The notes beneath the pieces were generated by a model, which did not search any database, was not told where the DNA came from, and saw only the letters and a program-made list of their open reading frames with translations. A stretch of 34,821 bases of DNA from Octopus sinensis (taxonomy: Eukaryota), in contig NW_021829939.1 of assembly GCF_006345805.1 (NCBI RefSeq), forward strand, positions 1 through 34,821, written 5' to 3'. The translations under genes and the position numbers were made by a program. Below are positions 23,601-34,821 of the stretch, one piece after another. Position 1 is the first letter of the stretch. Every line of letters starts with the position of its first letter.

Positions 23601-24053
23601 TCAATTCAAGAACAGATTCAGAATCCAACAAAAATGGATCTGAAGGATTATCAAGAGGGGGAAATGTTCGACCGAATCAAAGGCTTTTTTAACATCAATC
23701 CATGTAGAACATAAATTGTTTCCATTTTTTGATTTAAACATTGATTGACAATAGCTTGTTCCTTTTCCCCTTTTCTCTGATAAGTTTTTAATCGATTTTA
23801 TTCTTTGTTTGAGGAAGATAGCGTCTTGCGGGTCCCAACACCGCTTTAGTTTACTTTCCACGTTCCTTTTTTCACCAAGTAGTTTGGATTGTTCTTCATT
23901 TATCAATCGATTTTTGTACGAGAAGAGAAACCTCTTTTTTCCATAGTCCTCCAGATAACTTCGAATAATGTTTCTCATTCTTTCATCCAAATAATTGATC
24001 TCGTCAAGATTTAGTATTTTCAATTCTTGAGTATTTGCCAATTTCATAGACAT
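23601..24053 (-). mobile_element. RT fragment of an R2/NeSL-like non-LTR element
   Basis: NLCSTWIDVKKAFDSVEH is an RT motif; the WID..KAFDSV.H form is typical of RLE-clade elements. Confidence 0.65.
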
Positions 24054-24108
24054 ATAAAAATTGAAATGATTCCAATTAATGTTGCTGATTGATAGCGTCT
24101 GGCATGCC

Positions 24109-24381
24109 GTCTGGAAGTATCACTATTCCTGAATACAGCTCGATTGATATTCCTTGGCATCCTGGTGCTAACGCCGGCACAGGAACATCAATATTTTACA
24201 AAAAGTCTATTGACATTCGGAATCCAAGAATAATTGAACAGATCCTGATTTGACTTCACGCACCCATATGCAGTATGCTTTGCATTTAAGTCTCCAACAA
24301 GAATTGGATTTTCAATTCCTTCCATAAAATTTTTGACAATCGACGAATAATCTTTCAACCTTTTGGAGTATATACTTCCAA
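24109..24381. mobile_element. Rearranged second copy of the Jockey/I-like APE domain (forward piece plus inverted piece)
   Basis: 24109-24242 matches the SGSITIP..RIIEQ part of the 19056-19433 copy on +. 24241-24381 is the downstream IYSKRLKDY..GDLNAKH part on -. Confidence 0.88.
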
Positions 24382-24679
24382 GTTCTCTTTGCAATAAAAC
24401 TTTCGACAGTGTCAGCATTCTGTGGGTGATTTTTTTCCTTATGTTTTTTTAAAAAGTTGTTTCCCATTATGACGTCGCATATCATGCACTGCGATTTATC
24501 GACGTTTTCAGATTCAGTATATTTGGTAAATCCATATTAGACATAAGAATCAATCCATTTGCGATTTACCATTACAATCAAATAACAAAAAAAGTGGAAT
24601 AAAATTAATTAAATATTCAAATGAATAAATAATTTTTCAGTTATAAAAATTAATTGAGCTAAACATGCTTCGGGGGACG

Positions 24680-24960
24680 ACGTTAAGAAACACTGGTCTA
24701 TTGGATTTTATATATTTAATTATTGTTTCTGAAATATGCCAAGGGTCATTATCTTGCTGAAAAATAAACGAGTTTAGCTTTTTTAGAGCTATATGGGACC
24801 TGCCGGTCAGTCCGCAAAGACGCACTGCGGATCGAGAGGCAGTTCCGCGTAGAATAGAGATTGGAAGAGGCAGCTCGCATCCTTCGGTCATGCGTCTTCA
24901 AGGCAATTTTATCGCCGAGCATACGCAATCCGCTTCTTTACTTAGCACGCCAGTGGTCTA
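24680..24960 (-). mobile_element. Chimeric remnant: CRE fragment plus Tc1 DDE fragment
   Basis: LPLPISILRGTASRSAVRL (CRE LP...GG.G.RSA-like) runs into FIFQQDNDPWH (Tc1 FQQDND.KH). Confidence 0.55.
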
Positions 24961-26339
24961 AAAGCAAGGGGGACAAACTCGTATGCGTCAGAAAGAAGTA
25001 CGTATTTTTAGCTCTTCCACTCCTTTAAAAATGTTTATATAATTTGCATTGTTCATTTTTTTACATTTTAAAAAGGCCTTAGTCACTTTCAAATTCGAGT
25101 TATCAAATTTGATTCATCTGATTTTTGTTGGCAATATGTAGTCAGACAATCTGTTATGTCGTCGAAAATCATTGCCGACGTAAATTTTATGTTCTTAGAC
25201 AACTTGTGGAGGTTAAAAAATGCCTTGTTGACTGCTTCGCTGTCGTTAAACATAGTTAAATCGGCATTGTTTATTTTTTAATTTTATACCTAATATTCAA
25301 AAAATTTCATTAATTTATTTCGGGCTTTATTTGGTGATGTATGAAATGCACAAGTATCCATTTTTCTGGAAAAATTTCACTAAACGTCGTAAATTCATTA
25401 AATTGGTCAATCCGGCACTGTAGAATATTCTCCGAAATTTGTATTATTATTTATTAATAGTGTTTTTGACGCGTAAATAACAATTATGCAATAAATATAT
25501 GCAGGCTTTGTCAACAATCTTAAAAATTACTTTATCACTAAAAATAAGATTAATCAAAGGATGATGCAGATAGATCGCGGTGACGGAAAACTTTCTGACG
25601 GGTCTACATTATTCCCGTTCAAGATGGGACAAAATATGCTTAATTGACCGACACTTGTTGCCTCGTCCCCCTGGCTCTCGAAACCAATAGGGGTAACTGA
25701 CCCTAAAACTATCAAACTTCTTTTAGAGATTGGTTTAATCATCTCGAAGAGGAGTCACGACAGTCGCGAAACGAGCTGGCCTTTTTAACGTTTATTATTA
25801 TTATAATTTCAAATCTGCAACAAAAAGAAAGTTACAATCTTCTCGTCGCTTATTACACTTTTCTCTTTCTCATATTTCTTAACGTTGAAAAAATAAATAC
25901 ATTAGTTGGTCGTTAATTTTTCTGAGATTTTTTATATCTTTTTCAAATAGCTTCTTATAGATGGATGTCTTATTTTGTAAAGTAGAATGTTAGATTCAAG
26001 AAAACCAAGAGTGACTTTGAAGGCCGATTATGTTCGAAGAAATTTGATTTTTAAATATTGATTCAATTCATTTTAGAAATATTTATAAATCTTAATTGAA
26101 GCCAATCAAATGTTATGAAAACGAAGTATTCATCAACAAAATATTTTTATCACTGCATACTGATTTAAAAAAATGCTTCAAAATATATTGGCGAAATTGC
26201 CGTGGCGTTTTTTGACACTGAAAAACAATCCCTCTGACAGGACCCGGCGGAGTGAACTAAGATATCGGGAAAAACACGGAGATTTTCTATAATAAAATGC
26301 TGCATCGAGTATTTTCTCTGTCACAGCAGGAAATTGTGA

Positions 26340-26954
26340 GTTAGTCTTACACCAGTCACACGACAACTGGACAGCCATCAACCTGCAAATCTTCAATATT
26401 TAGCTTTTGTCCAAATTCCTTTGCTTTAGTAATAATGTTTCATCAGTCAGGTAACCGTTAATAACATCCATTCAAGATAGCAATCTATCAATAAATTCTC
26501 AAGCAGATAATGATTTTTAGAAGCTTTGAACTCTCACTATTTTTCCATTGTTCTTTATTTTTTAAAATTTCAGATAAAGTAGAATTTTCTAGGTCCAGGT
26601 TTAATTCTCTTCTAATAATTTGAGACAATTCATTCAGCGAGACTTTCATCGAATCCTTGATTTAACAAATCTGTTCTTTTAGATAAATTTCGGTCATTTT
26701 TCTAACCATAGAATTATAAAAAGCGTGCTGTTAATTAATTTTGAAAAAAAAATTAATACAAAAAATTATCAACAAAATTATTTTTTTGATAATAATAAAC
26801 AAAATTAATTGAAATTATATTAATCCTATCGTTCGGACTGCGGATTATTGAATTTTCGAAACATTGAATCAAATTTGGATCAAGTTACAAAATTTGTAAT
26901 TTTAATTAAACAAATTCGGATTATTGAGATTCGGATTAACGAGTGTTGACTGTA
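26340..26954 (-). mobile_element. pogo/Tigger-like transposon 5' part
   Basis: Terminus TA-CAGTCAACACTCGTTAATCCGAA (ends 26952). CENP-B-like HTH remnants STLSEILKNKEQW and YLTDETLLLK/KAKEFGQKLNIEDL, with stops and shifts. Confidence 0.6.
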
Positions 26955-27329
26955 ATTGTACCTCTCATTGGTTGCCATCGAATTTGGAAAATATTATGTT
27001 GAGCGCCAAGAATGAAACCGTCCGAAACTCCAATCATGACAGCTGTCATCAATTTTAATCCTTGACAAAAATAAGATAATCAAATATTTTTCAAACAAAA
27101 AATTAACTAATTGTTTTTTAGTATCTTTTTTTGGCGTTTAGAATGCACCTTCTTCCCCATTCCCTCACTATTTTTAAAATTGACAAAATTGTTGGAAAAT
27201 TTTGGAATAATAGTGACGACATTTCCGTAAGGATGCTCAAACCTTTGCAGACATAGTGAAGAATTAGTTCCATAGTACTTTTTATGGGGACCTTTTAAGT
27301 TATTATAAATCGGATATATTATCTCCTTT

Positions 27330-27665
27330 GGAGAAGAGAGCGGAGTTCAATATGTCGATAGAAGAGTTGTCTTTGCCTACTAAAGTTGTTCAGTCCTATG
27401 AATTGATGAAGTGTCGGGAAATTTTAAACAAATGTTAGACTGTGATGGAATTAATGGACATTCCGGGGAATATATCTAAGGAAGAGTCATGTCGAGTTAT
27501 CCTGTGTGGTGTGAGTGGTAGGAGTTGGGTGGGTTGGGAGTCGTTAAAGATATGATTGCCGTGGAGAATCGTTTGGGCACTGAGGGTTTTGGTCAAGTCA
27601 GGCAGTGGTTGGATGTTGTCGAGCCAATTTATCGTTTGAGGATTATTGACTATTTGAGAAATTTT
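27330..27665 (-). mobile_element. Degenerate LINE ORF2 C-terminal fragment
   Basis: TLSAQTILHGNHIFN..PHRITRH-type post-RT tail; GC-richer than its flanks. Confidence 0.4.
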
Positions 27666-27709
27666 GTCTTACTACTTTACTAATTATTTTAAATACTGTT
27701 AGAATTGAA

Positions 27710-27736
27710 TACAGTGAACTCTCGCAAATTGGCCAC
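27710..27736 (+). mobile_element. Solo TA-CAGTGAA terminus related to the 9591/13873 TIR family
   Basis: TACAGTGAACTCTCGCAAATTGGCCA versus TACAGTGAATACTCTCAAATTCGCCA. Confidence 0.4.
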
Positions 27737-27892
27737 CTCGAAATTTACTAAGATAAAAATTAATTTTCTTAGTATATTGGCCAATTCTCAAATTTTGACT
27801 ATCTCATATTATAGCTCGCAGAAAGCTTTAAAAAATGGTTTTAATAAATGATAGTAATGAATTAAAAGTGTGAATAACTAAAAATATTTATT

Positions 27893-29069
<1,177 letters not shown>

Positions 29070-29261
29070 CGAGTTATAAATTAAATATAACCTATTCAAT
29101 TTTATTTTTTCTACTTAATTTAATATTTTCAAATTGCAATTTAAACTAAACAATATTTGACTACTTTTTTACTTTTCATTGATCCTCCAATTACTTTCGA
29201 TTTGATACAATTTTATTTGAATAAAGCTACTTTATTATAAATAAAAAGAAATTGATCATCC

Positions 29262-29412
29262 AAAGTGGATTCAGGTTTGGAAGATCAATTGCCGATGTAA
29301 TATAAGGAGACAGATGTATTTCTGCCATATGCCAAAAATTTGAAATGGTAACCATAATATTGGGCATTGATATGAGCAGGGCATTTTACACGATTCGCAG
29401 AGACAAGCTGAA
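29262..29412 (+). mobile_element. Short LINE RT fragment
   Basis: QSGFRFGRSIADV...ILGIDMSRAFYTIRRDKL. Confidence 0.7.
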
Positions 29413-30303
29413 GTGATATATGATATAGACTTTCTGTCTCATGATAAGTCAACATTTCTGAACATTACTCTACGTGTATAAAAATTGTAAAATTTCTTTA
29501 ATAAAATTTCATCTCAGAATTGAAGTTTCATCTCAAAATCTCAGTGAACATTGTCTTAATAAATCAATTTACTGATTTGAAAGCTACATAAACTCCCAAT
29601 CACTTAGCATTTTGTAAACAAAATTGACAGAATGAAAAACTTATTCAAGAATTTTTTTTAATCTTTGCTTTTTGAGCCGTAGACTTTTGATCAAAGGATA
29701 GTTAGGATAAAGATAAAGTGTTAGACCATCTAACTTTGAACTATGAGATAGTTAGGATAAAGTGTTAGACCATTTAGTTTTCTTAACTAACCGATGTGAT
29801 ACATCTATTACAAAAAAACGATTTTCTGTCATGTTATTGCTTTAGAATGTCAAAATCTCCATTCTTTTTCATTTCTGTAATTTTAAACCAGCTATAAAAT
29901 AATTATTTCAAACCTGTAATTGAAATATGTTTATCCAATACCCGGTATTATTCTTTTACAGAATTTCGCATAGTCGTTAGTAATATTCATTGGGCTTAAT
30001 TGTTATTAAAAATAGATGCTATAGTCATTTTATCCTATCAGTTAATCATAGTTTTCAAGTGAAGTTCTATCAATCAATATAGTCTTAACATTTTTGATCC
30101 TATACCATTTTAAAATTATTTGAAAGTTTTTTGTTTACAAAATTGTGCCAAATAGTTTGCTAAAATAAGAATATATACGACTTTTTAAACTGACATTCAA
30201 GTAAAAAAACAAAAATCTTGCCAATTTTTCTGATAAAACAAAAATAAGATAATATTTATTGAAGTGGGAGTCACATCCTCAAAAATTTAAAACAAATCAA
30301 GAA

Positions 30304-30452
30304 ATGTTTCGGCAAGATAAGAAGCCCCAAGTCACCTAAAACGACATTGGAGGGTACAACCAGCAGAAACAAAAAGTAAGGAAGCCGTCGAACTCGCTCT
30401 TAACCAGTATGAACTGTATAAGCAAAGTGGGATTGACTTCTCCTGCGAGTGT
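30304..30452 (+). pseudogene. PSMC4: Fragment of a 26S proteasome ATPase Rpt3/PSMC4-like gene
   Basis: KPQVT*NDIGGYNQQKQKV(R)EAVELALNQYELYKQSGID versus PSMC4 [39 protein letters not shown]. One stop and one frameshift; no flanking exons found. Confidence 0.72.
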
Positions 30453-31829
30453 TTAAACCGTTAATGAAACTAATCATGTTTTCGCTTTTGTTCCGAATGA
30501 GTCATTTTAAATTGACCTTATTGATCTAAATGTTTGAAAACGTAATTGGTAGTTACTCTTGACCTCAGAAAAAATTGTGAAACGCCTTAATGATTGCAGA
30601 GATCATAACATGTTGCAAAATCGTCAGAAATAAAGAAAACTGTTCAGAGAACTGACTTATTGTGTTGCAGATGCATTGCCATGACCTATGGAATCGTGTT
30701 AGTGCTTAAAATAATAATAATTTTAGATTAAAAATGTCCCACTTTTGCTTTCCGGAAAATTTTTATGCCCGACCTCAAATAAATGACTATAGTACATTTT
30801 TTAATATACATTAAAAATGGTCAAACTAGTATTGTGCACAATTTATTAAAAAATATGTTTTTATTTTCCCCCACTTCAAATACGTAAAAATGTTCCAGTT
30901 TTATCACATCCAAAATTCACAGATCTAATTCTTCAATATGCGATCTCGTTGAGTATATTTTTTGAAGATTTTTATAAAATAAAGACAACACAATAATAAA
31001 TATTGTGTGATGCTCGTCACGTGACGTCAAATAATTATGGGATTAAATTGAACCAAGTTTGCACTTTAAGGAATTTATATTACACAAAATTAGATTTCCA
31101 TAAAATTTAATAAATTTGTCTTTAAATGGTTTAGCGGAATATTCTTGAAATTGAAATGTTTTTTATATTTTGTAATTTCTTGACATTATAGGTTTCACTC
31201 TGATTTTATTTAATAACATTACATTTTACATGAAAAAGAGTCAATTTGGACAAACATAAAAAATAGTTAATGTTCTTATCATAAAAAACAACTACAAAAC
31301 CAACATTATATTACAGTACTAGCAGCTGTCCATCGAAAAGCACTCGCTCTTTAAAAATAAGTCAACTATTTTTAACGATTGTCCCTGTGCCTTGTTATTG
31401 TAATCGCAAAACTCATCTTCAATGAAGTTTTAGCCTTTTAAATCTAACCGGTAATTCATCCAAAATAATTGAAATTCGTGAGATATAAACATCATCAACT
31501 CTATATTTACCTGTTGAAAACGTCGCTTCTATTACCTAGTAATCGAATTTTTGATAACTAACCTTTGGGTTAGAGTTTTTTTCTTAATTATTATTAATTA
31601 TTTAAAACACAAAAATTATAATTAGAAATATCTTGATTTAAATTAAATTAGTCTTATTTAAGTTTACCCATACGCCTGACTCCCTGTTCTCTATACTCAC
31701 TTTGGGTTACTTCCCCTTTGGTCACACAGAAACATACTTAATTTCTAATAATGTGGAAATAAAAACAATAAAAAGTCCAAATGGTTATGTTATATTATAG
31801 GAAAATTTTTATTTTAAATAATTAGTTGA

Positions 31830-34821
31830 GAGGCTGTTAGTGAGGTAACATAAGGAGACCTTCGGCATTCCTGCCTTTTCGGTCCAGCACACACGCTCGC
31901 CTCTCTACACAACCACAGGTTAGGACTTACCGTCTTACTGCCACCCAGTCATTATCTTCTCTAGGACCTCAGGGAGGCTTTGAGGGACAATTCCTGGGCG
32001 TTGGAGAGCTCATCACGCCATCCTAAGCCATAGGCTAGCCTGATGGCTCGTCTTCTTACTTCTTAAGCGCGTCAACGTACTTCTCCCTGTCCTCGCAGAA
32101 GTGCCAAGCGTGCACGCCATAGGTAACACGGGTAACACCATGACGTTGAACACACGGAACAGGCACCTCTCCTCAAGTGGAAAGCACGCAACGCGCCTAA
32201 TCGCTGCATTGCACGCATTTTAGTACGTGCAATGTGATCATCGAACTTACCTGACTGCTTGAAGACCACGCCCAAGTAAGTTGTCCGATCAACTACAGCG
32301 ATCGCTGACCCGTCCAGCGATAACCTAGGGATAAAATTAGTGTAACCCCTCGTCCTTTTACAGACTTTAAGGACACTGCACTTGTCCGCACACATCTTTA
32401 GACCCCTACTCCCACACCAGTTTACAAGTTCATCCACAGCAACCTGTAGCCTACGACACGCACGCTCTGGTTTCATCGACTGATCCCAGAGGATAATGTC
32501 GTCTGCATAGATCACCATTCCAGTACGAGCATTGACTGGCATAGGTGCAGAGGCCATAAAGATATTAAACAGTGTGGGACTCAGCACAGAACCCTGAGGG
32601 ACCCCGCGAAGGACTGTTGCGACTTTAGAAAAGACCCCCTGGTGTCGCACGACCTGACCGCGAGATTCGAGGAACCCCGACAACCAGCGCTTAGACACGG
32701 AGAAAACCCCACACGTGGCGAGGGAACTCCGCAGGCCGTCGTGCCACACCGAGTCGAAGGCCTTTTCTATGTCAAGACTAACTAACATACCACACTCCCT
32801 TTTCTGGAGGGCGTTCTTCATTTCGGAAGACACCTTCCACAAGCAGTCTCCACTGAACGACCCTCCTGAAGCCCCATTGGAACTCCGGGAGGCGTCAACC
32901 ACCGTCAGCTCCTCCAGGAGCCTTCGGTGCATGATCCTTTCTAGGATTTTAGATATAGCGGGAAGCAAGGAAATGGGCCTGTATCCCCCGGGGACATCAT
33001 AAGGCTTCCCAGGTTTTCCAATGAAGATTACCTCAGCCACTTTCCACCTGGAAGGAATCATCCCAAGTCGCAAGCTCCCGCTAAACAAAACTGTAAGGCC
33101 GTGATCAACAACGGCGGGGCTTTTTGAAGATGGACATAGGGATCCGATCTAGCCCGCCGCGGTGTTCTTACTTCGGGAGATCGCTGCCAGGATCTCCCTT
33201 CCGGAAACTTCGCCTGCATCGACCCTTGATATGTCCAGCTGGCAGCGTTTGTCCCAAGACAATACCTCCTGGATAGTAACAAAAGACGACGTCTCTACGA
33301 ACTGACTTCCGTCAGTTCCGAGATGTGTTGAGGTGAGTTGAAAATATATCAGCCACCTCACCGGGTCCGAGGCGAGGGTTCCATCAGAGCGCTTAAGGCG
33401 CACTGACTTTGCCTCCCCTCTCCCCGACAGGCTCTTCAGTTGTTTCCAGAAGTCCGGAAACGCGGGTCCACTCTTTGGCAGGCCCGCTCCCACCGTGAAC
33501 TTTCGTGTTCACGGATTTCCCTCCGGATCTCCCTCTGAAGCCGGCTGATCCAGCCGCGAAACCAGACACGGTTCTCCTGGTAGACGCATTTGTCCCGCAG
33601 TCTGGACAGCCGGCGCTTGAATCTAATTTTATTTAGCACCCGGTACGGGAGCGTGAATGTGCCTGGCCCTGTACTGGGTTCTGTTTGAAATTATCTCGCA
33701 TATAATCAGACAGGGCAGCATTGATTCCATTATCTAACGCCTCCAACTCTCGTATGTTGGCGCAGGTATTCCCCACCAGGCGTGAGTGGGCAACCTGCTG
33801 GCCATGAACCTCTCCAGGTTGGCCCAGGAACCGGACCGGAGGTCAAAGTATCCTGGGGCCCTTTGAGGAACTGGCTCACGAAGTTCGTGCAATCAAGGCA
33901 GATGGTCGCTCCAATATCAGGCAATAAGATTGTGTTACTAACCCAATTTAGCATCCCCGGGGCTTATCAGAGCAAGGCCTAGCCAGTCTTGTCCTCCCCG
34001 CGAATCGATGTGGTTTGGCTCGCTTGAAGATCTGATTTCCAACCCGAGGTCTTCAACCAGCGTCTTTAGAGCCAAACCATGCGCGTTGGTTACCCTGAAA
34101 CCGAGCTCTTGGTGCTTGGCGTCAGGTCCCCAACGACCATCGCCTTCGGATGCTTTCCAATGAACTCCCGTACGTGCCAGAACACGCCGTAAAGTTCTTC
34201 GAATACATCGCCCCTAGGTAAAATGTTAAATTACCTATGCGAATCCTCACTTGGAGGAATTCACATAGGCTACAAGAACATAAACCTGAGCTCCGGAGAG
34301 CAAGGTACGGCTTGTAGAAGAGGCTAGTTCCCGTGCCACATATTGACCCCCTGTTTCCAGGGTATGTGACAACAGTTGTAGCCATCAACTACGTACGGAC
34401 CCCCCCTTACCTTCGTTTCGTTGACCACCAGAATGTCCGCACTCGTGGTGGCCAACATCCACTGAACGGCGTCTCCTTTACCGGACAAGGAGCGCGCGTT
34501 CACCGATATAATGTTGAGCATCATATCGGTTCCTCGCCAAGGATCTTCTTGGCCTCAGCCATGTTGCAATGTAGCATATCTGCTACACTGCACTTCGTCG
34601 CCTACATAATTTTAGTAGGCGCACACACAACTCCACCGCAGGACTAACACTGTCCTGGGGAGCACGCTCGCCAGGGGGGGAGTGCGGTGGCATTTCCACG
34701 TATGGAGTACGCCTTTTCCCCCTAGGTTTTGCTGGGCGGTATCACCTGTAGCCCACTCGGAAGGCTTAGCACGCTTCGGCATCCGAACTGACTCGGATGT
34801 TATTAGCGGCTCAGCCGACTT
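31830..34821 (-). mobile_element. GC-rich Jockey/I-like LINE, nearly full ORF2 (APE plus RT), frameshifted; 5' end outside the window
   Basis: APE: ISVNARSL, VVNETK, GTGTSLFYK. RT: YRPISLLPAISKILE, LDIEKAFDSVWH, GVPQGSVLSPTLF, YADD, YLGV. The 3' boundary is approximate. Confidence 0.93.

Noticed and set aside
24109-24381. Twin-priming 5' inversion
   Set aside because: The junction polarity (end-to-end) is the reverse of that mechanism, and there is no 3' tail.
25100-25430. VPS53-like fragment (FSEIFPEKW), minus strand
   Set aside because: One short motif among stops; not enough to call.
27036-27049. Perfect palindrome ATGACAGCTGTCAT (MEIS/TGIF-like)
   Set aside because: It sits among transposon debris with no adjacent promoter; no function can be supported.
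29698-29775. Short direct repeat GATAGTTAGGATAAA...GTGTTAGACCAT
   Set aside because: A simple local duplication with no LTR, TSD or coding context.

Overview
AT-rich eukaryotic nuclear DNA; the gene set looks animal-like. Seven host genes can be rebuilt by hand-splicing. Five form a 5.4-kb island: archease/ZBTB8OS (-), LRRC27 (-), SRA1 (+), TSEN54 (-) and WASH1 (+, frameshifted). The other two are uridine phosphorylase (-) and a cathepsin L-like protease (-). Of the 36 introns inferred, 32 are only 22-32 nt long, donors are very degenerate, three are GC-AG, and two junctions lack a usable AG (GT-TG in archease; GT-AA or an indel in the cathepsin). This fits a genome-reduced metazoan parasite such as a dicyemid, myxozoan or orthonectid (inference; taxon not provable here). 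WASH1 needs at least five single-base additions, each placeable in an A-run, and has no nonsense codons once restored: assembly error, pseudogene, or slippage/editing. The rest is mostly transposon debris: CRE-clade, Jockey/I-like and other LINE pieces, a hAT with TSDs, Merlin, pogo and Tc1 remnants, a probable Helentron-type element with a ~94-bp satellite, and a PSMC4 fragment. Inward-facing pogo-type TIRs bracket the uridine phosphorylase gene. Protein identities come from recalled family motifs, not database searches.
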